Virus record (IMG/VR): IMGVR_UViG_3300022555_000010
Location: 32,001-96,000 of that record
Direction: 5' to 3' (one strand)
DNA from: a virus
Length of the DNA: 64,000 bases
Shown here: positions 10,095 through 18,289 of the stretch, one piece after another
Position numbering within the stretch: position 1 is the first letter of the stretch
How the letters are laid out: every line of letters starts with the position of its first letter
Notes under the pieces: model-generated
What the model was told of the DNA's origin: nothing
Seen by the model: the letters and a program-made list of their open reading frames with translations, nothing else
The model's database searches: none
Position numbers and translations under genes: made by a program

Positions 10095-10251
10095 AGGGTG
10101 TTTCAATTGTGGTCAGAATATCTACGTTCCAAGTGCGATTGTTGGAGTATATTGTAATGATTGTATAGTGGAGGCTGGTAAGGTTCGGATGGAATTATCG
10201 AAATGGTATCCGAAGGGGGCGATACCGGTTCAGGGGGAGCGTGATGAGTAA
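10078..10251 (+). CDS. tag-array protein (not in ORF track)
   Basis: CFNC..CNDC; WYPKGAIPVQGERDE. Confidence 0.75.
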   Translation: MQSQFKGCFNCGQNIYVPSAIVGVYCNDCIVEAGKVRMELSKWYPKGAIPVQGERDE

Positions 10252-10396
10252 TATTGAATCATGTCGTGGTTGTCAGAGGAGGCAAGGGAGTTGTAATTGG
10301 TTAAGGGAGTCAATGGGAGATAAGTGGATGAGTAATCTTGATCAATGTTGGCATCCGATAGGGACGATATTAGTGATATGGGAGCAGGATGAATAA
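10244..10396 (+). CDS. tag-array protein (50 aa, not in ORF track)
   Basis: CRGC; CWHPIGTILVIWEQDE. Confidence 0.8.
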   Translation: MSNIESCRGCQRRQGSCNWLRESMGDKWMSNLDQCWHPIGTILVIWEQDE

Positions 10397-10556
10397 TAAG
10401 TGGGAAGGGTGTTCAGAATGTTGTCGAGGGAAGACGGGGTCTGGGTACGGGTATTGTGCCTGGATAAGGGAAGATTTAGGGTGTAGGGATTTAGATGTTC
10501 GGTTGTGTTGGCATCCGGTTGGGACGATTTTAGTGGTTAAGGAACGGGATGAGTGA
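10389..10556 (+). CDS. tag-array protein (not in ORF track)
   Basis: CSEC; CWHPVGTILVVKERDE. Confidence 0.8.
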   Translation: MNNKWEGCSECCRGKTGSGYGYCAWIREDLGCRDLDVRLCWHPVGTILVVKERDE

Positions 10557-10743
10557 ATTCAAGTCATGCACGAAATGTGGTGGAAGGCCATATATTGATT
10601 TCAAGTTATCGATAGGGGATTGTCCTCGGAGGTATTGGATAGATCAGAGGAGGACGTTTAGTGGGGTAGACTGTTGGTATCCGGAGGGGAGTATACCGGC
10701 AGATGATGAGATGCCGGTGATACCGGTAATAGGTGAAGAATGA
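10549..10743 (+). CDS. tag-array protein
   Basis: CWYPEGSIPADDE. Confidence 0.8.
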   Translation: MSEFKSCTKCGGRPYIDFKLSIGDCPRRYWIDQRRTFSGVDCWYPEGSIPADDEMPVIPVIGEE

Positions 10744-10934
10744 AGAATAAACTGGATGAGCGTGTAATCAAGATATTGGGATGTCGGGAATGCGGGAATG
10801 GGGATAGATGTAAGATGGTGGATAGGTGTGTGAGTCGTGCTAATCGGATAGATGAGGAACGGGAGGATGGTCAAGTGGGAGGGTATTGGTATCCTGTTGG
10901 GACGATCCGGGTCGTGGGTGAGAAGAATGGGTGA
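10740..10934 (+). CDS. tag-array protein
   Basis: YWYPVGTIRVVGEK. Confidence 0.8.
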   Translation: MKNKLDERVIKILGCRECGNGDRCKMVDRCVSRANRIDEEREDGQVGGYWYPVGTIRVVGEKNG

Positions 10935-11118
10935 ATTTAATTCATGCTTTACGTGTGAATTTTTACCGTTTGATGGATTTTCATTAGCGTTGCAGGAATG
11001 TCCACATCGGGAATGGGCATTGGTAGCGAACACTCAATTATTTGATTGTTGGGGTCCCAGGGGTTGTATACAGGTGGCAGGCGAGAGGTCTATGATTCCG
11101 GTAATAGGTGAGGAATGA
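10927..11118 (+). CDS. tag-array protein
   Basis: CWGPRGCIQVAGER. Confidence 0.75.
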   Translation: MGEFNSCFTCEFLPFDGFSLALQECPHREWALVANTQLFDCWGPRGCIQVAGERSMIPVIGEE

Positions 11119-11336
11119 AGAATGAGGCGTCAGAAGATTTGAAAGCCTTTGTGTTAATGAATCGGTTACAGGAGAAGAGGATGGCATTATGGGCAAGGGG
11201 GAAGGTAGAGGGAGGGGCATGTTCCGCGTGTAATGGGTGTTTTGGATGTAGGGCGTTATTTGGGACCTGGAATAAATGTTGGACACCTATTGGGGCGATC
11301 GGGATTCGAGAGGAGGTGGATGATGGTTCACTGTGA
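11115..11336 (+). CDS. tag-array protein
   Basis: CWTPIGAIGIREEVD. Confidence 0.75.
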   Translation: MKNEASEDLKAFVLMNRLQEKRMALWARGKVEGGACSACNGCFGCRALFGTWNKCWTPIGAIGIREEVDDGSL

Positions 11337-11526
11337 AGATTGTGGATTGATGAGGAAGAAGTTCAACAATTGGAATTCGGATGGACCCACGTGTAAGGCG
11401 TTTCGGAAAGCAATGGGGATAGAGAGAGACTTTCGGGTGTCATGGTTGAAGTTTCTGGAACGATGTTGGCATCCTGTGGGGAGTATACCGGTGATCAAGG
11501 AACGAGATGAACAAGATGGAGCCTGA
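11320..11526 (+). CDS. tag-array protein
   Basis: CWHPVGSIPVIKERDE. Confidence 0.8.
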   Translation: MMVHCEDCGLMRKKFNNWNSDGPTCKAFRKAMGIERDFRVSWLKFLERCWHPVGSIPVIKERDEQDGA

Positions 11527-11698
11527 CTGTCAGGAATGTGAAATATTGAGGGCTAGGAGTTCAAGAGGGAATCAATGTTCTGAATTTCGGGCGGCGGTTG
11601 GTATGAGGACAGATGTTTTGTATGGGAGTTTGAGTAAGTGTTTTCATCCGGTGGGGACGATACTTGTGGTAGAGGAGTTTGATGAAAAGGGTCATTAA
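11507..11698 (+). CDS. tag-array protein
   Basis: CFHPVGTILVVEEFDE. Confidence 0.8.
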   Translation: MNKMEPDCQECEILRARSSRGNQCSEFRAAVGMRTDVLYGSLSKCFHPVGTILVVEEFDEKGH

Positions 11699-11885
11699 TT
11701 GGATTTGGTTATGGTGTACGACTCCGAGGTGGGACAGGGATGATGCGTCTATTTCGATGCAATTGAAGGGATGTAAGGGATGTGGGAGATACAATAAGAA
11801 GTGGGACTGCAAGTTATTGATGACCTATGAGGTCTGTTTTCATATGCCTGGGACGATTAGGGTAATAAGGGAGCAAGATGAGTAA
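11682..11885 (+). CDS. tag-array protein
   Basis: CFHMPGTIRVIREQDE. Confidence 0.8.
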   Translation: MKRVINWIWLWCTTPRWDRDDASISMQLKGCKGCGRYNKKWDCKLLMTYEVCFHMPGTIRVIREQDE

Positions 11886-12156
11886 GGATTGTTTAGATTG
11901 TGGGAACAGTCGGTTAGATGTTTATGGACGGAGTATTCCGGTTATACACCACATATGTTTAAAGTGTCGTGGAGACAGGTTTGATCCAAAGCCGATGGTA
12001 TCGCAATGGTATCCGAGGGGGTTGATTCGGGTAGAGGATGAGTTTGAGATAGGGCCGGCGGAGTATGTGGGGCAGATGCCGATACGGGAGGAAGTCACGG
12101 TAATACCCAGGGGATGTATTGGGGTAATCAGGGAGATGGCCGAAAGTGGAGCGTGA
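11878..12156 (+). CDS. tag-array protein with two tags
   Basis: WYPRGLIRVEDE and IPRGCIGVIRE. Confidence 0.75.
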   Translation: MSKDCLDCGNSRLDVYGRSIPVIHHICLKCRGDRFDPKPMVSQWYPRGLIRVEDEFEIGPAEYVGQMPIREEVTVIPRGCIGVIREMAESGA

Positions 12157-12475
12157 TCACAAGATTATCTGTAATGAGTGTGGGAAGATATATTACCCGG
12201 AGTCATTTGATGAGATTGATTCCCGGACGAGGTGTGTTTGTCGTGGTTCATTTTATGGGATAGCTGATTTTAGAGGATTAGATGTTTGGGGGATGTTGGG
12301 GGAGTTCAGGATTTTTGAGGGCAAGGAGATAAAAGTTGAGGCGATATTGGTAGACACGAAGACATTGGGGACGATGAACATAAAGAAGGAAGAAAGTGAT
12401 AATGGGTTATTTTGGAATAAGAGGCTGATTTTGGAAGGGTGTATTAATGCGTGGAAGGAAAGGGATGAGAAATGA
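12146..12475 (+). CDS. tag-array protein
   Basis: LEGCINAWKERDE. Confidence 0.7.
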   Translation: MERDHKIICNECGKIYYPESFDEIDSRTRCVCRGSFYGIADFRGLDVWGMLGEFRIFEGKEIKVEAILVDTKTLGTMNIKKEESDNGLFWNKRLILEGCINAWKERDEK

Positions 12476-12612
12476 TAGGGGAACATGAAGCGGGAAAGGG
12501 GTCAGCGAGTCGGGTAAAGGACTTGAAGAAATACGGGGAAGGGTATTCCGGTATACAATGGAACAGCAAGAAGCCGGCGAAGGTAAAGCCGGCTAAGAAG
12601 ATCAAGAGATGA
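12472..12612 (+). CDS. small basic phage protein without the tag (AGKGSxxR..Y...I.W)
   Basis: hand-translated; ATGA overlaps at both ends. Confidence 0.55.
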   Translation: MIGEHEAGKGSASRVKDLKKYGEGYSGIQWNSKKPAKVKPAKKIKR

Positions 12613-12809
12613 ACATTCGGTCAATGAACGAGATTGGGGATGGTCCTGGGTGTCGGGAAGACTGTAATGTGGCAATGAATGGGTGTGCCATGTTTCGACC
12701 GAAGATGGATGTTTGGATAGTCGTGGACAAACCCGGAGCCACACATTGTTATCATCCCCGTGGCAGTATTTTAGTGGTTAAGGAGTTAGATGAGTTGGAG
12801 TTGCAATAA
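12609..12809 (+). CDS. tag-array protein
   Basis: CYHPRGSILVVKELDE. Confidence 0.8.
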   Translation: MNIRSMNEIGDGPGCREDCNVAMNGCAMFRPKMDVWIVVDKPGATHCYHPRGSILVVKELDELELQ

Positions 12810-12975
12810 TTGTGGAGGACGATGGGAGGGGAAGGGTTGCACTTTAGACCAACTGTTATATTGGGAGATTCAGGATCAGAAGAGACAAAATTGGGATCAG
12901 GTATGGAAGAATGAGGAGGTGTGTTATTGGCCTCCTGGGACTATTTTGGTGATTAATGAAGAAGACGAATTGTGA
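12790..12975 (+). CDS. tag-array protein
   Basis: CYWPPGTILVINEEDE. Confidence 0.8.
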   Translation: MSWSCNNCGGRWEGKGCTLDQLLYWEIQDQKRQNWDQVWKNEEVCYWPPGTILVINEEDEL

Positions 12976-13156
12976 AGATTGTGCCGGAGGGAATAGTAAA
13001 TTCAAGGGGTGTCAGGCGGATCTTTTAGAACTCATTGTGGATGCGGATATGCTTCAGAGTATGTTATCAGGGGATGGGACGGCATTATGTTGGCATCCGA
13101 AGGGATGTATTCTGGTGATTAAGGAGCAAGATGAAGAGGGACTGTGCGGATTGTGA
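12956..13156 (+). CDS. tag-array protein
   Basis: CWHPKGCILVIKEQDE. Confidence 0.8.
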   Translation: MKKTNCEDCAGGNSKFKGCQADLLELIVDADMLQSMLSGDGTALCWHPKGCILVIKEQDEEGLCGL

Positions 13157-13313
13157 AGTCTTAAGGCGATACGAGAATCCTGGATATCATTGTGAAAATT
13201 TCAGGAAAGCGGTAGGGATAGAGGTTGATGGCAGATTACGAGATAAGCCATTGACCTCTTATTGTTTTCATCCTTACAGGACTATTTTAGTGGTCGGAGA
13301 ACGAGATGAGTAA
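13131..13313 (+). CDS. tag-array protein
   Basis: CFHPYRTILVVGERDE. Confidence 0.8.
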   Translation: MKRDCADCEVLRRYENPGYHCENFRKAVGIEVDGRLRDKPLTSYCFHPYRTILVVGERDE

Positions 13314-13482
13314 TCCTTGTTTAGACTGCAATATACCTCTTCTTACAAGTTGCTGGGAATTTCGATTAGCTCTGGGGATCAGTTCTGTAGATCTTCCCCA
13401 TGACCAGGCATTAAATTCTCGTTGTTATCATCCCGTGGGAAGCATAAAAGTAGAAGGAGAGCGTGATGAGACAAGAGATTAA
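13306..13482 (+). CDS. tag-array protein (not in ORF track)
   Basis: CLDC; CYHPVGSIKVEGERDE. Confidence 0.8.
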   Translation: MSNPCLDCNIPLLTSCWEFRLALGISSVDLPHDQALNSRCYHPVGSIKVEGERDETRD

Positions 13483-13783
13483 AGAGGACCGGTGGAAGGG
13501 GATCGGTCACATCCGACAGATTTCAAAAGAGGTTCTTACTGAGACAGAGTATTCGAATGCGTCTGTAAGGTCTGGGGAGTGTCCCTGGAGATTTGAGAGG
13601 AACAATAGGTGGCCGTATCGGTTAGGGATATGTCAGAAGAGTGCTGGGAAGAATGGGACAATGATCTGTATGCATTTCCGGGGTATAATAAAGAAGAAGG
13701 AAGAATATGTTCGGTGTTCGTATTGGATGAGGCCAAAGGGGACGATTAAAGTGGTACTGGAGAAGGATGAAGCGGAAGGATAA
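13466..13783 (+). CDS. tag-array protein (paralog of 13948)
   Basis: WMRPKGTIKVVLEKDE. Confidence 0.8.
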   Translation: MRQEIKEDRWKGIGHIRQISKEVLTETEYSNASVRSGECPWRFERNNRWPYRLGICQKSAGKNGTMICMHFRGIIKKKEEYVRCSYWMRPKGTIKVVLEKDEAEG

Positions 13784-13970
13784 AAATAAGAACAAGGCTC
13801 CGGGGTGTTTGGGGTGTCATGTGGTATCAGCATCAGATGATTGTTTTGGGTTCAGGTGTCGGATGAATGTCTGGTATCAACCAGATAAAGCTGGTCGGCA
13901 AAAGTGTTATCATCCTTCTGGGACAATTTTAGCGATATCGGAGCAGGATGAACATATTGCAGAACATTGA
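13767..13970 (+). CDS. tag-array protein
   Basis: CYHPSGTILAISEQDE. Confidence 0.8.
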   Translation: MKRKDKNKNKAPGCLGCHVVSASDDCFGFRCRMNVWYQPDKAGRQKCYHPSGTILAISEQDEHIAEH

Positions 13971-14292
13971 GACTGATGATTTCTCGAAGGGAGTGAGGCA
14001 CATACGGGAGTCTTCGAATTGGGGGCAATATCAGGTGTCGGCTGAAGTATTTCCGGATGATTGTCCGAAGAGGTTGGAATATAAGGAGAGTGATCTTGAT
14101 ATGGGGGCAGGGGAATTTATGATAGGAATCTGTAAGGCACATTATCCTTCATCGACAGGGGGGAATACTCATACGTGTAAGCATTATGTTGGGAAGATTC
14201 ACAAGGGGAATGTGGATTACATAAGGTGTTCTTGTTTATTTCATCCTGTTGGGGCGATCAAGGCAATTCAGGAAAGAGAGTCTGATGAGTGA
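13948..14292 (+). CDS. tag-array protein (paralog of 13466)
   Basis: LFHPVGAIKAIQERE. Confidence 0.8.
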   Translation: MNILQNIETDDFSKGVRHIRESSNWGQYQVSAEVFPDDCPKRLEYKESDLDMGAGEFMIGICKAHYPSSTGGNTHTCKHYVGKIHKGNVDYIRCSCLFHPVGAIKAIQERESDE

Positions 14293-14477
14293 ACAAAGAT
14301 TGTGAGGAGTGTGGAGGAAACAGGTGGATTGAGAAGACTCCTGCTGGTAATTTTATACGGGATCATCGGGTGTGTGACTGGGTTTGGAAGAATCATATGC
14401 GAATGACGGATGACGCGTGTTGGCATCCAAAGGGGAGTTTGATCGTTGTAAGTGAAAGAGCCGAGGACAAATTGTAG
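14289..14477 (+). CDS. tag-array protein
   Basis: CWHPKGSLIVVSER. Confidence 0.75.
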   Translation: MNKDCEECGGNRWIEKTPAGNFIRDHRVCDWVWKNHMRMTDDACWHPKGSLIVVSERAEDKL

Positions 14478-14652
14478 AGGGTGTGATGTTCAAAATTCGG
14501 TGTTTGATGGCCGAAAGAACTTATTAAAGACCTGTATCAATTTCAGGGATCGGATGGGTTGTTCGAGGCATATGGGAGTGAATTGGATGGATGACTGCTG
14601 GCATCCGATAGGGACTGTTTTAGTAGCCGAGGAACAAGATGAATACCTGTGA
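14452..14652 (+). CDS. tag-array protein
   Basis: CWHPIGTVLVAEEQDE. Confidence 0.8.
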   Translation: MKEPRTNCRGCDVQNSVFDGRKNLLKTCINFRDRMGCSRHMGVNWMDDCWHPIGTVLVAEEQDEYL

Positions 14653-14821
14653 GGATTGCAACATTCGGAATTGGGCAAATGAGAGTCATCTGGACTTATT
14701 CAAGTCCTGTAATTATTTCAGGAATTTGATGGAGTGTGATAGGCATACGGGGTTGAATTGGTTGGATGATTGTTGGCATCCGATTGGGACGATTTTAGTG
14801 ACCAGGGAGAAAGATGAGTAG
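14639..14821 (+). CDS. tag-array protein (close paralog of 14452)
   Basis: CWHPIGTILVTREKDE. Confidence 0.8.
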   Translation: MNTCEDCNIRNWANESHLDLFKSCNYFRNLMECDRHTGLNWLDDCWHPIGTILVTREKDE

Positions 14822-14990
14822 AATACTGTTGTGTCCAAATTGTCAGGTGTTTCAGAATGGGTCTGGGATTCTTTGTAATGAATTCATCACATTGATGAAT
14901 GTAAGTTTATTACCTGAGACTCGGGAATGGCAAGGCAAGTGTTTTCATCCGATAGGAACGATTTTAGTGATATGGGAACAAGATGAGTGA
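14814..14990 (+). CDS. tag-array protein (not in ORF track)
   Basis: CPNC; CFHPIGTILVIWEQDE. Confidence 0.8.
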   Translation: MSRILLCPNCQVFQNGSGILCNEFITLMNVSLLPETREWQGKCFHPIGTILVIWEQDE

Positions 14991-15192
14991 TCAAGACATT
15001 AGTTGTTCAGAGTGTGAGATCTTCATATCGAAGAAGAAGTATAAGAGCAATGGGATTTCACGGTGTGTTGACTTCAGGTGGAAGATGGAGATCTTTGATG
15101 AAAGAGAAGGGCTGTCATTTCAAGATTATTCGATGAGGTGTTTTCATTTGCCTGGGACGATTTTGGTATCAGGAGAGCAAGATGAAGTGTGA
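14983..15192 (+). CDS. tag-array protein
   Basis: CFHLPGTILVSGEQDE. Confidence 0.8.
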   Translation: MSDQDISCSECEIFISKKKYKSNGISRCVDFRWKMEIFDEREGLSFQDYSMRCFHLPGTILVSGEQDEV

Positions 15193-15370
15193 AGACTGCA
15201 ATCTGACTCACTGGGGAATATTCAAGATGAGAGGGGAGAAGTGTTTTTATTTTAAGGAGAAGATGGGACTTAACTGGTTCGTGTTACCGGAGAAGTCGTG
15301 GACAGAGCATGACTTACCGTGTTGGCATTCACCTGGGACGATATTGATCGTGGAGGAGAAAGATGAGTGA
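15182..15370 (+). CDS. tag-array protein
   Basis: CWHSPGTILIVEEKDE. Confidence 0.8.
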   Translation: MKCEDCNLTHWGIFKMRGEKCFYFKEKMGLNWFVLPEKSWTEHDLPCWHSPGTILIVEEKDE

Positions 15371-15563
15371 GGATGATTGCCGGGATTGTGGTGCATATCG
15401 GTTTGAGAGGAAAGCTGGAGAAGGGACTATGCGGACATGGACGATGTGCAACAAGATTGGGAATTTACTCGGGAAGAACATTCTTCCAACTTTGCAACAG
15501 TGTTTTCACCCATCTGGGACGATACTGGTGATAGGAGAGAAAGATGAAAACAAAGTGTTGTGA
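15363..15563 (+). CDS. tag-array protein
   Basis: CFHPSGTILVIGEKDE. Confidence 0.8.
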   Translation: MSEDDCRDCGAYRFERKAGEGTMRTWTMCNKIGNLLGKNILPTLQQCFHPSGTILVIGEKDENKVL

Positions 15564-15744
15564 TTGCCAATTGGTGATTAACGGAAAGGTTTTAGGGTAT
15601 CGTAACTGCAATGCATTTCGAGTGAAGATGGGACTGGGGCATATGACTCCATTACCGGTGACGAAGGATGAGTATGATTGGGGCAGTCGATGTTTTCATA
15701 AGAGCGGGACGATATTAGTAGCAGATGAACGAGAAGCAATATGA
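15544..15744 (+). CDS. tag-array protein
   Basis: CFHKSGTILVADERE. Confidence 0.8.
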   Translation: MKTKCCDCQLVINGKVLGYRNCNAFRVKMGLGHMTPLPVTKDEYDWGSRCFHKSGTILVADEREAI

Positions 15745-15940
15745 TTGTCGGGAATGTGGTTCTTATTTGATGGACATTCCGAAAGGTAGTGTTGGGAATA
15801 AGCCGATGAGGAATTGGAGATTATGTCGGTTGGCTTGCAAGTTAAAGGGGGTTGTTCCGATTAATTCCCGTGATAAGTGTTGGTATCCTATTGGGACTAT
15901 CCCGGAATTTGGGGAGCAAGATGAAGCCGACAAAGGATGA
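15725..15940 (+). CDS. tag-array protein
   Basis: CWYPIGTIPEFGEQDE. Confidence 0.8.
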   Translation: MNEKQYDCRECGSYLMDIPKGSVGNKPMRNWRLCRLACKLKGVVPINSRDKCWYPIGTIPEFGEQDEADKG

Positions 15941-16115
15941 GATTGATGGGTATCTGGACACAGAGACAAGTCTTCATTGTCCGGAACACGGGTCTACTAA
16001 AATATTTTTATCCGATATTTGGAGGACGACAATCGCTTGTGGCAAATGTGGATATTTTCGTGATTTATTCCCGGAAGGAACTATTCTCGTTGTTGCGGAG
16101 AAAGATGAAAGTTAA
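15921..16115 (+). CDS. tag-array protein
   Basis: CPEH..CGKC; FPEGTILVVAEKDE. Confidence 0.8.
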   Translation: MKPTKDEIDGYLDTETSLHCPEHGSTKIFLSDIWRTTIACGKCGYFRDLFPEGTILVVAEKDES

Positions 16116-16281
16116 GTGTAAAACTTCGTTAGAGGAAGAGGATTTACACATCATTTATTGGGATGATGATATGAAGGAGATGGTCGGGGATATGACTCCG
16201 GCGGGAACTTTCTGGTTAGTGCCATCAGGGTGTATTCCGGTGATTAGGGAACGAGATGAAACTGAGGAGAGGAATGCTTAA
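16105..16281 (+). CDS. tag-array protein (Cys-poor)
   Basis: VPSGCIPVIRERDE. Confidence 0.75.
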   Translation: MKVKCKTSLEEEDLHIIYWDDDMKEMVGDMTPAGTFWLVPSGCIPVIRERDETEERNA

Positions 16282-16486
16282 GGAAACGAACAAGAGGATG
16301 CAGGAATGGATGATAATAGAGGAGGTTGCCTATAGGCGTGATTTAGAGAGGATCGCCAGGGAAGGGGTCAGGACTTGTCAGAACTGTGCGAAGTTTAATT
16401 GTTGTTTATTAGCCTGGGGAGACATTCCGACGTGTTGGTGTCCGGTGGGATGTATCTATGTCTTTGCAGAGAGGGATGTGAAATAG
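16256..16486 (+). CDS. tag-array protein
   Basis: CWCPVGCIYVFAERD. Confidence 0.8.
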   Translation: MKLRRGMLKETNKRMQEWMIIEEVAYRRDLERIAREGVRTCQNCAKFNCCLLAWGDIPTCWCPVGCIYVFAERDVK

Positions 16487-16551
16487 GACAGCTATGTTTT
16501 TGTTGGACGGTTACGGGGTATAATAGGTCAGTTTGATGAGCCAGGATTTTT
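16479..16551 (+). repeat. bipartite element copy 2, with TATAAT (16519-16524) inside the variable 39 nt
   Basis: identical boxes and spacing to 8231-8303. Confidence 0.85.
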
Positions 16552-16784
16552 GGCATTTTCCAATTTAGGAAAGAGGGGTGATATGGAATATTTCAGGTAT
16601 TCGGGGCACAAGAAGCCGGAGAAGACGATTGCAGAACAAAGGCAGGATATTGAGGATTTAAAGGAGAGGATTCGGAATGAGCCTCGGCAGTCATCCCGGA
16701 CAAGGATGGCAGCGGATTTACAGGATCGGGTTAGGAAATTGATATCCAAGTTGCCTTGTAAGACATCGAAGAGGAAAATCCACA

Positions 16785-17159
16785 ATGTCGATGCCAGTTA
16801 AAGTCTGGAATATTAAGAAACTTCAGGCAGAGATTGAGGGTAGGAAGATGTTAACGCCGAATGATATTAGGCACATTCGATCACTTCTGGGAGAGGTTGA
16901 GGACAGGAAGCAGTTTTGGCACTGGTTGAAGTGCGAACTTTGTGGTGGATATTCGATTTTTGATGATCATCTTCATATGTTTGATTATCAGAAGCGGGGA
17001 GTTTGTGCTTGTGGTCATCGTCTTTTCAAGGTGGCAGATTCCGGTAATTTCTCAAAGGGGACGATATATGTCTGGGACGAATGTGACACGGAAGATGACG
17101 ATTCCTCAGAGATTGAGATTTTTTCAAGTCAAGACGATGGTGCCTTGGTTATCGTGTAG
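16785..17159 (+). CDS. tag-array protein
   Basis: CELC..CACG; SKGTIYVWDECD. Confidence 0.75.
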   Translation: MSMPVKVWNIKKLQAEIEGRKMLTPNDIRHIRSLLGEVEDRKQFWHWLKCELCGGYSIFDDHLHMFDYQKRGVCACGHRLFKVADSGNFSKGTIYVWDECDTEDDDSSEIEIFSSQDDGALVIV

Positions 17160-17289
17160 TGACTGCCAGGAGGGGCAGGATGGGGCAGATTGCGGTCCAA
17201 AGTATGAAGCCATGAGGTCAGATGGGTTAAAGGACTGTTGGCGACCACGGGGACACATACTGGTTTGGGATGAAAGGGATGTGGAATGA
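17137..17289 (+). CDS. tag-array protein
   Basis: CWRPRGHILVWDERD. Confidence 0.75.
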   Translation: MVPWLSCSDCQEGQDGADCGPKYEAMRSDGLKDCWRPRGHILVWDERDVE

Positions 17290-17531
17290 CAACATCTTGG
17301 AGTGCCAGGAAGTTTATCACGACGATTTTCGGGACAGGTCCGAGTCTTTCCTTGAAAGAGGTCAAGCAGAGAAGATATCACATTGTGGATTGTGAGACTT
17401 GTGCCAGGGACGGGCATGGTCCGAATTATGAACAATGTAAGAATGATGTGGAGATTTGGAAGAAGGCAGGGGTTAATTGTTGGAGGCCTGTAGGGGTTCT
17501 CTTAATTTGGGATGAAAGGGATACAGAATGA
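17286..17531 (+). CDS. tag-array protein
   Basis: CWRPVGVLLIWDERD. Confidence 0.75.
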   Translation: MTTSWSARKFITTIFGTGPSLSLKEVKQRRYHIVDCETCARDGHGPNYEQCKNDVEIWKKAGVNCWRPVGVLLIWDERDTE

Positions 17532-18289
17532 TTGAATATCAAATGGTGTTGATTTGTTTGGCGGCGGTAATTGCAGAGACAATTGATTCCGGGCTGGGAA
17601 TGATGTATGGGACGATATTATCCCCGTTGCTGATAATGTGTGGATATTCCCCGTCTGATGTAATTCCGGCGATTTTATTCTCCCAGGCGATTGGGGGACT
17701 AATTGCGACATTGGGACATCACCGGCACGGTAATGCAGATTTTCGATTTATGTCTGATGATTTCAAGATAGGTGCGGCGATTTATTTATTAGGGGTCGTG
17801 GCAGTCTTTATGGGAGCGGGGCTGGCGATGAGGATACCGAAAGAATGGCTGCAATTATATATTGGGATTTTGGTATCGATTATGGGATTGATTGTGATTT
17901 GCAGGCACAACTTTCATTTTTCCTGGAAAAAGGTAATGGCAATAGGATTTTTAAGTGCGTTTAACAAATCATTGTCTGGGGGAGGATATGGCCCATTGGT
18001 ATCGAGTGGTTTAATTATTGCCGGGACGAAGGGAAAGAATTCGATTGCGACTTGTGATTTTGCGGAGGCACCGATATGTGTGACGGCATTCTTTGTTTGG
18101 GCCTGGATGAAGAATAAATACCCGGATTTGAATATGTTGTGGGCATTAACGATAGGATCAATGGTTGGGGGATGGATAGGACCCTGGGGATTATCCCGGA
18201 TTAAGACGGATGGGATTGTGACGACATTGGTGGGCTGGCTGGCATTAGGGGTTGGAATCACTTGTGCCTTTGGGATCGTAAAGCCTTGA
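17528..18289 (+). CDS. TauE/SafE (TSUP) family sulfite-exporter-like membrane protein
   Basis: ~7-8 TM helices; DSGLGMMYGTILSPLL, HHRHGN and SGGGYGP repeat motifs. Confidence 0.85.
   Translation: MIEYQMVLICLAAVIAETIDSGLGMMYGTILSPLLIMCGYSPSDVIPAILFSQAIGGLIATLGHHRHGNADFRFMSDDFKIGAAIYLLGVVAVFMGAGLAMRIPKEWLQLYIGILVSIMGLIVICRHNFHFSWKKVMAIGFLSAFNKSLSGGGYGPLVSSGLIIAGTKGKNSIATCDFAEAPICVTAFFVWAWMKNKYPDLNMLWALTIGSMVGGWIGPWGLSRIKTDGIVTTLVGWLALGVGITCAFGIVKP

Noticed and set aside
8552-16486. RiPP precursor array with follower peptide
   Set aside because: No modifying enzyme, protease or peptide exporter nearby, and Cys spacing looks like metal-binding CxxC; cannot be fully excluded if enzymes lie outside the window
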